A stretch of DNA of 63,582 nt, filler included, from Sphacelaria rigidula (Eukaryota): NCBI GenBank assembly GCA_964200075.2. It is 7 parts of 7 records of this genome, joined end to end, with 100 filler letters (N's around TTAATTAATTAA, not from the genome) between each part and the next. Parts side by side here need not be neighbours in the genome. Positions count along the whole stretch, not along the records: positions 18,198 to 27,195 come from CAXNAA020009560.1; positions 27,296 to 36,292 come from CAXNAA020009561.1; 5 more parts are not named here. One strand, written 5' to 3'. The notes beneath the pieces were generated by a model. That model searched no databases. It worked only from the letters and a program-made list of their open reading frames with translations, and was not told where the DNA came from. How positions within the stretch are numbered: position 1 is the stretch's first letter; each line of letters starts with the position of its first letter. The translations under genes were made by a program, and so were the position numbers. Positions 21,338 to 32,941 of the stretch are shown here, piece by piece.

Positions 21338-24300
21338 GTTGGATAGCTGTACGGGCGCGAGGGCGCATTTTGGAAGAGCTCCCTCATCTGATCTTCAAAG
21401 CCAACGATTTCGATGCTCCTAGTCGGTAGTAAGTGAGCGAAAGGTGGTTTCGCACGAGCTCGTACGCTCCCTCTCAGTGTGCTAGCAGCACACAGTCAAT
21501 GGATTCACTCGTTGATTTTTCCCGAGGGATTTCGTTGAGCATCTGCCCGTTTGCCGGTTGCAGGTACGTACTTCAGGGAAGACAGCGCCTTCATGATGCA
21601 TCCCCATGCACACGTCAGCTTTGTATCCACGTGCTGCCTCCTGCGTCTGCTGAAGCCCGTGCCTATTCACGTAGTGGGCCGCACTGTGATTGTCGCATGC
21701 CCATGGTGTTGCCCCAGGATACTGCGGATGTAAAGGTCATGCCTCATCCGTTGGACCACTACTGCTATTCCTTATGCCTCAGAACTCGACAGTGTGACTG
21801 TCCTTTGCAGTTTTAATCTCCAGACCATGGGCAATTTTTTAGCAGGAACAGATAGCCTGGTGTGCTCCTCCGCAATGCTGTTTCGCTCGCCCAGTCTAAG
21901 TTCGAGTATAGTAACCTGGAACGGCTTGTTGGCTGTCGTCCACGCCTTTTCGGTAACGAAGGTCGCGGCGAGGTAGCGAACGACATGTCGGGGTCCTCGC
22001 CAGTGTCGTAAAGAGGGGGAAGCAGTCCGAAATCCCAGTTCGCGACCGCTGTTGGAGAGAGACCGGCTCTCATCATGCTCACCACGAACATGATTTTTCC
22101 GAGAATTGTCCCGTTAGGAAAGCAACACGTGTGCAACTCCTTTCCATGTTCCCCGCGGAAAGATTCATACCCTGGTCGAGGGCTGTACCGGTTATGCACG
22201 CGTCAATCAAACCAATCTCGTCCGTAACGATGGGTTCGGTTAACAGCCGCTGGTGCAGGGTAATACCGTCCTTGTCCGCCTTGACATAGGCCCTGGCTAG
22301 TATGCCTGGCACGCCCAGGTCTCGCCCCCCATACTTGCTCAGCAGCAGTACACGCATGCGCTGGATTTTGTTGTCACCGTTTCCAACGAGAAAAAAAAGG
22401 TGTCGCCAACGTGACACCTCAGCGCAACGCGCCCGTCGTTGGTACGATGGTGATACTTGCACTCGTCGTAGCTACTGCTGCTCCACCCCTATACGAGCAT
22501 GGGATGGCCCCCCTGAAGTCCTTGAACCATCCTAGCGTAGAGTGTTGTAGGCCATATATGGCACTGGTTGCTTCTGACCATTCTAGTGTCCGGTAGTTTC
22601 AGCCATGTATCTTCTTAAAACGGTGCATCGAGGTATGCCTGGGCAGAGACCAGCATCCGAATGTCCCATCTCTGAAGGGCGGTCAACCTCAGACGGTACG
22701 GGTGACGTCGAACCCCGAAACTAGTCTGAAATATTGGCGGTTTTTCAGCCCACATTGGATGAATCCCCGACCCACATTGAGCACCTTTAACCTCTTTACT
22801 CTGCCACCTGCTGTGTTTTTTTCGTGGGTATGAACCGCGCTTCGATCGGCTTGATGTTGGGTGGAAGTTTCTCGTCTCTGCAGCTCCGTTGTCTCAAGAG
22901 ACCAAGTATTTCTTCGTCTTGGGCATTTTTTCAATGCTCAGCTTCAACTCCTTCCACTACCTTCTACATGTTCTAGGCTTTACTCAACGCTATGCCTCTT
23001 TCTCCGGAGAAACCTAGTAGGCATATTGCCTCGTCGGATTATCTCTATAGGATAATGGCCAGCACGTTGCTCGTGTCTGAATAAATCCCCACCGTGGTTG
23101 TTTAACCGCTCGTCTGTGCTGACATGCCTTGAGCATGGCGCCAGGACATACGCCCTTCCTCGTGCGGCGACAAGCGTTGAGCTGGCGGATATGACGGCGA
23201 TTGTTGCCCTGGCCCACGCTGGGTCTTCAGGGACTCACTCATCGAGGAGACGCTGTTCGCGGCGCCATCTTTCAATGCCGTGGTTCAAGCCGATGGCTTC
23301 GACTTCTCCCACTATATTGAGCACTGTCTTCTCGGGTTGGAAGCTGGGGTGCGCGGAATTTTTCAGCTAGAACTCCTGCGGTAGCCATATGTGCCGACGG
23401 GCGGAGAATCTGTTGTGGCCTGCGAGCATTCCACGTCTGGAGAAGGGACGGAGCTCTACGGCGGCACCGCATTGCGGCTAGTGTTGATGCACGACAAACT
23501 CCTACCCCTGAGTGCGGCGTCGTTCGTAGTGATACGGCTTCCCTGTTAGCCTCTAGTATGGCGCTTCTCCTCCAAGGTGCTCGTGGGGCATCTCGGCAGT
23601 CTTTGGCGCTACATCTGTCGCACCGAAGAACCTGTACTGCTCACCACGCCCATTACTTGACAGTTCACTTCATGCTGCCTGCACGAGCTGATGGATAGAA
23701 CGTTCAACGATGCCCAGTTGGCGTTGGTGACTCACAACCGCTCCTCTTCAAGGGGATGAGTCCGTGGTCTCAAGGGATCCACTCACCTCTCCCCCGTCAA
23801 ACACCTTGCAGTTGAGTGTCGCGGATTGGATCAGGGCTCCCGCAACGTGTCGACTCAAACAAGTCATTTTTCGTTTCTCACTCATCTTGTGTAGGACACA
23901 AATCAGATACTTCTCTGGAAACCCAGATGTATCCGCCGGGAATCGAACCCGTATGTTTCCGACCTAACGGTATTGTACTATGAGACGACCGGGGCGCGGC
24001 GGCAAACGTTGCTCTCATGCTTTCTGGAGGGAAAATGCCACTACCTGATTCCATGGTGGGTAAGCAAACGCGAATTTCACGGATCGCCCGACTTCCCCAG
24101 CGTCGTCTCCGCTTATACATTTGATGGCCACTCTCTCATGGGCCATTTCGTCCATGTAGGCCCAGGAGACATCAGTGGCGATATCTCTAGTCTTGAGTCC
24201 AACCACGAGCTTGTTTTGACTGGCCTGGTCACAAAGCCTCAAGTATTCCAGGACTATGGCAACGGCGAGGAATGGTCCTCCAAGGACTGTGTGTACGACC

Positions 24301-26165
24301 TCACCTGATGTTTCCGGGCTCCTGCCGCCACGGCCGCACCTGAGCGCCTCGGACTTGCGCTCCTTGAAGACGCTGCAGCGCATGTCGGGAGCCTTCGTGG
24401 CATCAGTTACATCAATGGTTCCTCGAGGCGGTTGACAACTGTTGCGTTTAACATGACCGGTACATTGTGCCACTCCTTGAGCGTTAGCCCTTGATGCCTA
24501 TCAGCCAACGTCGCGCGGGCCAAATTCCCTGCTTCATGTTGCCGGTCGCGCTATCTCTCCAACGGCAAGGATGGTTTTTTCTCAACGAGCTCGATCTTCG
24601 GGCGTCCTCAATGTTTTCTTCGCCTTCGATTTCCGAACTGTACATATTCTCCACCGTTGCGACGGACGATGCCGGTACTCAGGAGCAGGTACGGTAGCCG
24701 TGGAACGTATAGTACGTCTGTGGGCCCAACGGTTACGGGCCTGAACGTTCTTGCAAGGCGGTCTTCGTCGCTACATCTCCGATAGATGATGCCTGTAGTT
24801 GGCCTTAGTTTCCAAACGTGCATACGCGGTTGACCGAAGGTCATGCAACCACAGGGTTATATGAGAGTTGATCCCAGAATCACACAGCATGAAGATCATA
24901 TCCGTACCGTCGGCACAGGTCGCCACGGCTGTCTGCGAGCCTGGTGAGAACCTCCTCCTCGTACCCATCATGTTCGTTATAAGAGAGATCTTCGAGCCTT
25001 TTGTTTAAGGATAATTTCGTGCGTTTCTTGTTACAAAGGGAACATTCCGCGCCGGTGCCATAGCAACCGGCCGCTCTGCTGGTGGTCTGCCGCCTAGACA
25101 CCAAAGGTATCCACGCCATTTGTGATTCCTTTGGAAGCGGTATGCGCACTGGCTAGTGTGAAGTCCGGCAAATCGTGTCTAGCTTGACTAATATGTCATG
25201 GACTCAGCACTGAACTCATGTTTGTTTGACCTATACATCGGAGAAGAGATGGCTGGCCGCGTCATCTGATCGTGCTGTGCATCGGGCTGGGTAATAATTA
25301 GCAGCGCAAAATACCTGAGGCAGTGCCCCCCTCATCCCAAGGGTCGGGCGGGGGGGGGGGGGGGGGGGGCTCTCTTTTTTTTCTTTAAGCATTTGTTGCT
25401 GTGGGGGGTGGAGGATCGATGGGGTGNNNNNNNNNNGTTAGAGTTAGGCGGCGAGAAATACGGGGGGGGGGGCCCCCTTCTCCCGAGGGGGGGGGGGGGG
25501 GGGGGGGGGGGTCCGCCTTCTTTTGTTGCTTCAAGCTTTGTGTCCTCTAGGGCGTCGAGGTCCGATCGGATGTGTTCGAGCTTCATGATGCAGTCGGTCG
25601 CATCCCTTGCGACCGTACAACGGAGGTCTCGTAGCCTTATACCTCCTGCACCTGTACGCCATAGACGTCTTCTAGTGACAACCATGTCGCCCCGTCCTCT
25701 TGTGAGCCAGAAACCCTTGCAGTGCTCCACAGCTACGGCCACAGGCCCGCGTATAGCCTGTGCGAAAAGGGACCACAGCGACTGTGAGCACTCCACGTAC
25801 ACCTGATCGGCTTGGCGTTCCCGGGCCGAGGCTGCGATGGTCGGCCGCGACGGGGCGACGACAATTTGCGTTCAGCGAGGCATGATAAAGCCCCTTTTTC
25901 TCCGGTGTACCCGATGAGCGCTAGGCTCTAGGTCGCTCAGCTGTCCCGCGTTTTCCTGCGAGACCCCATCCGGAGCGGTGGCTTACGTGGGTCCGCTTCC
26001 ATACTCTCGAGGCCTATAACCTCAGTAGATAGACTCAGTACGTTACAGAGAATAAGCGGTCCGCATTTTTGATGCGAGTACCGGCAACGAGCGAGAGTTT
26101 CGATTACTTCTATCGTCTAGGCACTGAAATAGTCTGATCTGCGTGACGCACCGCATCCTAGTATG
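21338..26165 (-). mobile_element. Decayed full-length Ty1/copia LTR retrotransposon (gag-PR-IN-RT-RH)
   Basis: Minus-strand frameshifted motifs in copia order: gag (DCIMKLEHIRSDLDAL, about 25520-25620); protease LCDSGINSHIT (about 24860-24895); HHCC (WH..GHV...CSVF); integrase EVVHTVLGGPF...IKCISGDDAGE and GIVERS; RT GRGFIQ, AIYGLQHSTLGW, HVGD (decayed YVDD), RDLG, GITLHQ; RNase H YSNLDWASETALRRSTPGYLF, KLQRTVTLSSSEA, DNHSA, QHVD. PBS-like GGTTATAGGCCT at 26010-26021 and PPT GAGAGGGAG at about 21472-21480. The LTR limits are approximate. Confidence 0.88.
23754..23997 (-). mobile_element. tRNA-derived SINE inserted in the copia integrase
   Basis: Minus strand starts GCCCCGGTCGTCTCATAGT (A-box-like), has CGGGTTCGATTCCCGGCGG (B box/T-arm), then GAGTCGAC...TGATCCAATCC core and GATCCCTTGAGACCACGGACTCATCCC tail. 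Confidence 0.8.
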
Positions 26166-26584
26166 TACTTAAACGTTCGTGCCGCGCACTGGCTGCCGCT
26201 TGTACTCGGTCTACACTGAACTGGCACCGCCGACTCTCCCCGGTTTGCCCTGGACCACTGTCGTATAGCGTTTATCCTGTCAATATGAATAAAACAATTC
26301 CATCTGATCATAACTCGTTGTTTGGTTCTCTGGCCGATCTCACCGCTGTGCGTCTCGCTGAACCAGCCTGGGCCATACTAAAACCATTCCCATTGCTACC
26401 GTACTTGATCGAATACATGCAGTGCGTTATGCACGATGCCCCACTCCCCGTCGTTCGTACATACAAAGCTTGGTATAGTGCCCAAGCCCTGCCTATGGCC
26501 CGGGAACAACGTTGTGCTGTATACAAGGATCGGACGGGGCCGCCGACAAGCGGCCCCGTCCTCCACGACAGGCGTGGAAAGGAA

Positions 26585-26853
26585 TGAATTCAATGTGGGT
26601 GTGGTAAAGGTAATGACTCCTACCAAGAGGTTGAGCCAGAGATTTGATGTGTGTATTGGGTATGAAACTGTGTTATATGTGATGAGTAGAAGAGGAAGAT
26701 CCGGCATGGGTGTGGCATGGTTGGTATTAAGGAACGCGAACGTTGAGAGCGCGGAATGGTGGATGAAACACACTGAATTTTGTTGATCGGACAGAGACAA
26801 TAAAATCCGGCTCCAAAATTCACCGAACCGCGGCAAATCGGCTGTTGAATTCA
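26585..26853 (+). mobile_element. Probable LTR (3' or solo) of a second, plus-strand LTR element
   Basis: TG...CA ends with 9-bp inverted termini TGAATTCAA/TTGAATTCA, directly after the purine tract GGAAAGGAA. An upstream ORF (26285-26587) stops at that junction. Confidence 0.5.
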
Positions 26854-27195
26854 CCGAACCTCAAACCCCGGGATATCGAATCTAAGGAACACAGAAAGAC
26901 CGACGAGAAAAGCACCGTGCGGAAGGCTGCAAATTGGCAACAACAAACACAGCGTCTATGATTGTTGTCGATTGAAATCATATTGATATGACTCACGCAT
27001 ATGTCGCGCTTACACGAGTCAGACGCCTATGGTGTCAGAAAATATAATCGAGTTACGACACTTTCTACGATAGCCCCCTCCCCAAAAGAGCTAAAAGTGT
27101 CACGAAAAAAATGGCCATACAGCGTCTGATTTCCGGGTTCAGGCTGCATGAAGCGCCTCATACTGGCGACATTGGCTAGAACGAACCCAAGCATG

Positions 27196-27295
27196 NNNNN
27201 NNNNNNNNNNNNNNNNNNNNNNNNNNNNNNNNNNNNNNNTTAATTAATTAANNNNNNNNNNNNNNNNNNNNNNNNNNNNNNNNNNNNNNNNNNNN
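27196..27295. other. Artificial contig linker
   Basis: N44-TTAATTAATTAA-N44. Confidence 0.99.
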
Positions 27296-27639
27296 CCACA
27301 GAAACCTACACTCTGTCCAAACCGGGCGCTCGGGGGGTGGGGGGGGGGGGGGGGGAGGGGAGGGGGGTACGGTACAGAGTAGTAGTACGTCGAGTATCGG
27401 ATGGCACGCACAGTACTGGCACAATCTCTAAACGCGGTACTTGCAACACCTCTACAGACGGTATAGGCAGGACCTCTATAAAGAGTAAGAGCAATCAACA
27501 GAACAAGCCGAGACAGCAATGAGCAGGCAAACGCCAAGTGCTTTGTCGGCGGAGAATGCGGCGAAAATAATACCGAATCAAACGCAGTATGATTGAGAGC
27601 AGACAAACACCACGCCACAGCAACAGCCCCTGGATCTAG

Positions 27640-27890
27640 CTCTGGACATATGCGTTGTATCACATGAACGGAACGGCTCTTGATAAACAGTAAAGCACCT
27701 ATCTCATCCGTGTTCCATCTGTGTTCGGTTGCTGGCTCCTCCTTGTCCGCGTAGTCCTCACATGCCGCATAAAACTCCGGCATGCATTCTTCCTCGTCGG
27801 CCGCACCACCCTGTAATTTTGGTGCATTTCACGGTTTGGACGAATCAAAGTTCATACGGATCGACTCCCCATGAATGTTGAATGCGAACC
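27640..27890 (-). pseudogene. Possible pogo/CENP-B-like (DDE_1) transposase fragment
   Basis: KLQGGAADEEECMPEFYAACEDY...HRWNTDEIG resembles the pogo-family LHGEAASAD...F...IWNxDETG region around the first catalytic Asp. Confidence 0.45.
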
Positions 27891-27895
27891 ATGTA

Positions 27896-28795
27896 TAGTA
27901 GTCAGCATCATAATTTTTCAGAATTCGTACGAGTTGTTTTAGTTTTCGAGTTTTTCTCGAGTTAATTCCTCATTACTACTTGAAACTGCTAGCGCCCGTA
28001 TATTCAAGGGAAAAGCATAGACCGCGCTCACACTGCAGTGCCCAAGTTGGTCTTATGCGGACGAGATACCCCGTTTATCGGGAGGGTTTTATTGAACGTT
28101 TTTGGTCAAATACAAGCCGTTTTCCGGATCTTCCGCCACGAAACGGTGGATATTCTGATGAATGAATACGTATTTAGTTCTTCACAATAACGATCGAGAT
28201 CGTGTACTGCACAAACCTCAGTCTAGCATTTTCTGGGGATGGCCTATATTCGTTTTTTTTTCGCATAACATTTTCCATGAGCACTCGAAGGTGCCAGCGT
28301 CGGTAGTTTTGACAAAATAAGCAAACCGTGCTCAGATCACAATGTCCAAGTTAGTATTGTGGGGGCGATACGGAGTGAAGACCCCGTTTATCAGGAGGGT
28401 TTTATTGATCGTGAATGGTCCAAGAAACATAGTTTTCCGGCCTTAGCGCAATGAATAGGTCGAATTTCAAAAAAATAATCATTTTTGAGCCCTCACTCAT
28501 ATGATCGGGATCGAGTCGATCCACCGAAAGTACCGAAAAGCTAGAAACTGGGGTTCCACTTTTGCAGGACCCCCGAAAATCGGTCAAGCCCAGAAGTCAC
28601 CCAATATTGCTCGCAGATATATATATATATATATATATCAATATTTGTCAAGAAGAGGATTCAAATATCTCCAGATGTTCATTCTTTTGGCATCCAACAG
28701 TCACTGTGATGAGCGGTGGCAAGCGAAATATTTTTGGCAGATCTTTGACGAACTTAGAAACTACGAGTTCTACATACTTCTGACGCTGACTACTG
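27896..28795. mobile_element. About 900-bp TA-flanked Tc1/mariner-like MITE, copy 2
   Basis: TA|TAGTAGTCAGCATCATAA ... TTCTGACGCTGACTACTG|TA, colinear with 15419-16317. Confidence 0.85.
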
Positions 28796-28796
28796 T

Positions 28797-29330
28797 ACCA
28801 AAGAGTCATCCGGTATGAATCACGGGTAGTCAAGTTGTATGTTCAACCGCATGAATCTCGAACTGGGAATGTGTACACGTCGAGTATCATCAGACGAATC
28901 AAGAATGCAGAATATGAACGGATCACAAATCCTCTATGAGTCATGGGTGGGAAAAAAGTACATTTGATTCATCTCGTATGAATGGAAGGGGGGGAAGATG
29001 TACGTATGATTCATGCGGCATGAACGGAGATTGGGAAACATGTACGTTTGATTCACCTCATATCGATGGAAGGCGGAGGGCATGTGCGTATGATTCGTGC
29101 TGCATGAACGTAAACTGGGAAACATGTACGTGTGATTCACCTCACATAAATGGAAGGTTGGGAACGTGCGCCTATGATTCCAGCTGCATGGGTGAAAGGG
29201 GAGATACATGTACGCTTGATTCACCTTGTATGAAAGGAAGGCGGGAAACATGTACGTACGATTCATGCTCACGAGCGCAAGGTGGAAAAACCGTGCATGA
29301 ATAATGTGATTCATGCTGTATGAGTCATAA
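28797..29330. repeat. Interspersed element carrying a 42-bp tandem array, copy 2 (opposite orientation to 7685-8175)
   Basis: GATTC at 28966, 29008, 29050, 29092, 29134, 29176, 29218 and 29260, an exact 42-bp period. Confidence 0.85.
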
Positions 29331-29699
29331 GAAAACAGACAGCTAGAAATACCACTTCAGGCGCGCAGATGCGTGCTGTGCTGTACCGTACTGTCCGCGG
29401 ACTACAGAGGACGCTGCCGGAGGCTTCCCGAAAACCCCCGCGAGCATGTGAGGACTACCCATGGTGGTGCTGTGGTCTTTGCAAGTGTTCGTGGTATTGT
29501 ATACAGTAGTTTCAGGCCAACTGTACCACAGGACACAACGAAACCACAAAGGCTGTCAGCATGGCCTGTTCGGTCGGTTAGCGGCGGGGACTTCCCGCAC
29601 ATGGTCATTCACAAGGCTTAAACTACGTTCACGCTGCCACTTCTCCATCGCACTTTAAAAGAGGTATTCGAACTATAGTACAGCAATACCGAAGTGCAC

Positions 29700-30016
29700 T
29701 GAAATTATTCCATAGCCATTTCCGTGGTCTGCTTGACTTTAGCGAGTGCGTTTGTTTCGAACTCTCGATCGACCGAAAATACCGAATAGTAAGAATCTGG
29801 GCTGAAACGTCGTAGGACCCTCGATGACCGGTCAGCCCGTAGGTCACTCAATATTGAGTACAGATGATTTTGTTTTCTTGGAATGTGGAGCGGATACAAA
29901 TATCTTCAGATCCCCAATGTGATCAGTGGTGGCAAGCGAAAAGAGCCCAAGAAAATCGCCAATTACGAAGAAATCACAAAATGCATCAAAATGAATAGTT
30001 AGACCGCCCACTACTG
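29700..30016. mobile_element. Diverged partial relative of the 900-bp MITE family (right end)
   Basis: ACCGAAAATACCGAA...GGTCAGCCCGTAGGTCACTCAATATTG...GGTGGCAAGCGAAA...CTACTG|TA aligns by eye to 16060-16317. Confidence 0.6.
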
Positions 30017-30355
30017 TACCAAATGTGCACCAACTGTGAGGTTAGTAAAACACGCCGTGAGTACCGCTCTCGCCCAGGATTCCTCTGGCGCATCAGTTGG
30101 AGTTTCGTGTCCCACACTTGCATCAGAATACGGAAGAAGAAACAGAATTTTCGTCTATGGCCCTGACCGTGCAAGAACGATTTTTTTAATTGGTTCATGC
30201 CCAATACATAATATGTAGAGAGATCTTTACAAAAGTAGGTGAAAAGAGTTCCCGAAAACTTGTTCGGGAGTCTTGCTGCACCCCTGTACACAGCTCACAT
30301 GAAATCGAGTACAGCAAACCCGACACCCGTCACACCTTCAACCCCTCCTCTTCTT

Positions 30356-30590
30356 GGGAACGAGACCACGGCCTCGAGAGTCTCATCGCGAACGACATGG
30401 GTGTTCATCGGCAGTCCTGCGCGGCCTCGACTCTCATTACACAGACTTCACCTCACGTCTTCACGTTTTGAACGACAGAAATGAGATATTCCTCAGAAAA
30501 ATATCCAAACGTATCTGCCGGGTTTCGAACCCCGAATCTTATACCCTGCCAGCTTTCAGTTGCATCAGCTGAACCCATCGGGACGGGGCG
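30356..30590 (-). mobile_element. tRNA-derived SINE copy just downstream of the GH36 gene
   Basis: Minus strand GCCCCGTCCCGATGG..., B box GGGTTCGAAACCCGGCAG, GAGTCGA core, and tail CTCTCGAGGCCGTGGTCTCGTTCCC similar to the 23754 copy. Confidence 0.6.
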
Positions 30591-30685
30591 ATGCGAACAT
30601 GCAGACGATAAGCGTAGCATAAAACGCACATCGTGGATAGACGACCAGCACAAATTCCTAGAACAGAACCCCTCCCTTCCTTTGA

Positions 30686-31521
30686 TCAAAACTTAAACAC
30701 CAACCGTCGTTCCCGCCCGTCCCACGGCCCAGGAATGTCAACTTCGACCACCCCCATTTCCGGAATGCCGCTCACACCTGCCCCTTCTCCCTCCCCGATC
30801 AACGTCTTCTCCAATAAAGGCTTGAAGGAAATCTGTAGAGCAACAGCGCTACTGTTGCCATCGTCTTCATTGCACGAGGCTTGAAGAGAGCAACGGTTGG
30901 GTCCTCTGCTTGCCAACGCCCAAAACCGCCCGCTGCCTTGCACAGAAAGCGCTACCACAACTGCGGACGCCGTTGCCGCAGGCGCCGAGCCTTTCTCTCC
31001 ATCAGATATGTTCGAATTGATAACCTTTTGGTTAGAAATAGCGGCCGATGAGTTGAGCATGTCGCACAGTCCAATCGCGGCCCACAACACCACACCATTC
31101 GGAGGGTTCAAGCTCCCCTCCCTGCTGACATTGGTGCCACCATCGCGGGCGCGGGGATGTCCTATCTCTAAAACTCTCGAGATCGTCGCAAGCTCGAAAC
31201 CGAGAGAGGCAATTTCAATAGGGACAGACTCTTTTAAGAACATCACTCGCGCTGTTTTCTTGTGGTGCAGGTACATGGCATACATTGATGTTCCTCGTCC
31301 CTCTCCTGCTTCGAACGACGCCTCGTCTTTGCCCCCTTGTGCCTTCGCCGTTTCGTCGATTTCTTCTGCAGTAGGGATTTCCCTGGCGAAGGCGTGCACA
31401 TCAGATGCGGACACGGTGCCTTTAACCATGTGCACAGTGTCATCCTCCAGGCTGACCCATGTCCTCTTTTCCTGGCTATACGATGCCCCTCGGATGTTGA
31501 AGCTACCCACCACGCCCGTTC
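30686..31521 (-). CDS. Raffinose synthase / seed imbibition protein (GH36, Sip1 family), terminal exon
   Basis: TTGCAG acceptor in phase 1 matches the previous exon. Encodes (G)TGVVGSFNIRGA...WAAIGLCDMLNSSAAI...VQGSGRFWALASRGP...VVEVDIP...RLVFKF*, matching the family GVVG.FN.QGA, APIGL..M.NSGGAI and V+G.G.F.AYSS..P motifs. Confidence 0.9.
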
Positions 31522-32287
31522 CTGCAACGAAATATACAATTCAAGGCAAGTGTTCGGCACAGCAGGGTCGTGCGGGTTTTTGGCGGGGATTTATACATGA
31601 GATGCGTACTGGCATCTTAGGTGGCCGTGAGATGCGTAGTACTGCTTTTCATATCGAGAATGCTGAAATGAATTCACATGTAAGATACCTGGTAAACACG
31701 CAAAGCGTATTGCACGTGCCGAATCACTAGCTCACGGTCAATTTCAAAATTTCGATGATGAAACAACAAACGCGCGTCTCCGTTTTTCCCAATAGTGTAT
31801 CTACATACGTTATATTAAGTTTAGTTTACCCCTGGTAGAATCAAAATTTCCGGTCAACAACAATAATGTAAATTGGGTTTGGGAGCGTTGATACCCACGC
31901 CAAAGGAATACCTCGGTGTGCTGAAACGTGTTGATCGCCCGACACTCTTTACAGTATGCACAGTATACTATTTTGGCGGTTATATTTACTACCTGGACAG
32001 AGGCCCACCGTTTCAATCACGACTGGGGCATCCGACAGCATCAACACATTTGTCCAAGGGCCACAGTCCCTGCACTGCACACACCATGACTGCGCTGCAT
32101 GTAGAAACGATTTTGCTGTTCTCGGTGGCGATCATAATGTTTTGAGGGTCTTGCGCTACAGGCATGACACGATATGATGGAAAGTGGAATGTGGACGTGG
32201 CCCTCAAATCGTTTCACAGGTGGGAAATGGAAAATCACATGACAGGTTCCCGAAAGTACACGCACGCATCACTAGAATGACCCATAC

Positions 32288-32441
32288 CTGGTACTGCATT
32301 TAGAGCCCATATTTGGAGCAATCCGCCACCCTCGAGTTGCGGATCTCTCATCAAGCAGTCTAAGGTTGGAAGGGCATTGGTTTTTGCTCTAAGCACTGAG
32401 CCGTCATCAAGGACAAGCTTGTTCAGTATGTCCGTGTTGTG
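32288..32441 (-). CDS. Raffinose synthase/Sip1 GH36 exon (not in the ORF track)
   Basis: CCACCAG acceptor; encodes HNTDILNKLVLDDGSVLRAKTNALPTLDCLMRDPQLEGGGLLQIWALNAVP; G|GTATGG donor. Matches the family H+FDLL+KLVLPDGS+LRA....PT.DCLF.DP......LLKIWNLN motif. Confidence 0.93.
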
Positions 32442-32941
32442 CTGGTGGGAAACGTGGAACCATAAGGAAAGCGAGAAACAAACGGCGGGCAGACAAGTTG
32501 TCGAGGTTTAGTCGAATTCATGGATCAGTACGTGGGGAGGAAGCAGTGCCCACCCAGCATGCGAATGTTGCGCAGTTCCTGTATATATATATATATATAT
32601 ATGTGTGTGTAACACACACAGGGGGGAAAGTTCGGTTTCGATCAATACTGAAGAACGACCGACAGCACACAATCCAATTTGAACATTATTTTGACACGGA
32701 ACATAGGCAGACTTGCCCTTTTTGCATAATAATACCGTACTGTAGTCCATACCCCCCATCATTATTTATTGCCGTGGGCGAAGATGTGATTCCCTCCTTC
32801 AAGGTTTCGTCTGACATACTGGGCAAGCCTATAGGCACACGTGCCAAGTCATTGGCCAGTCGGCCATACTGCGGAATCCAGCAGTGGTCTCTATCCCAAC
32901 CCTGCGACACTACTCCATCGGTACGCCATTGGTATTCTCGC

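Noticed and set aside
21813..22199. KDZ/CxC-type transposase suggested by HTCCFPNG
   Set aside because: The surrounding motifs are clearly copia RT and RNase H.
23920..23997. tRNA gene
   Set aside because: A B box is present but there is no complete cloverleaf. It is attached to a repeated core and tail, so it is a SINE head.
25325..25512. G-quadruplex or poly-Gly/Pro coding region
   Set aside because: Long G homopolymers flank a 10-N gap and interrupt the copia gag, so they are most likely low-quality read-end artefacts. The same applies to positions 1-50.
28934..29314. 42-bp array as a CRISPR array or a 14-aa repeat protein
   Set aside because: Units are similar along their whole length with no unique spacers, there are no cas genes, and the context is eukaryotic. 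The open frames follow from the 42-bp period.
30897..31730. 277-aa plus-strand ORF
   Set aside because: Antisense shadow of the GH36 terminal exon.
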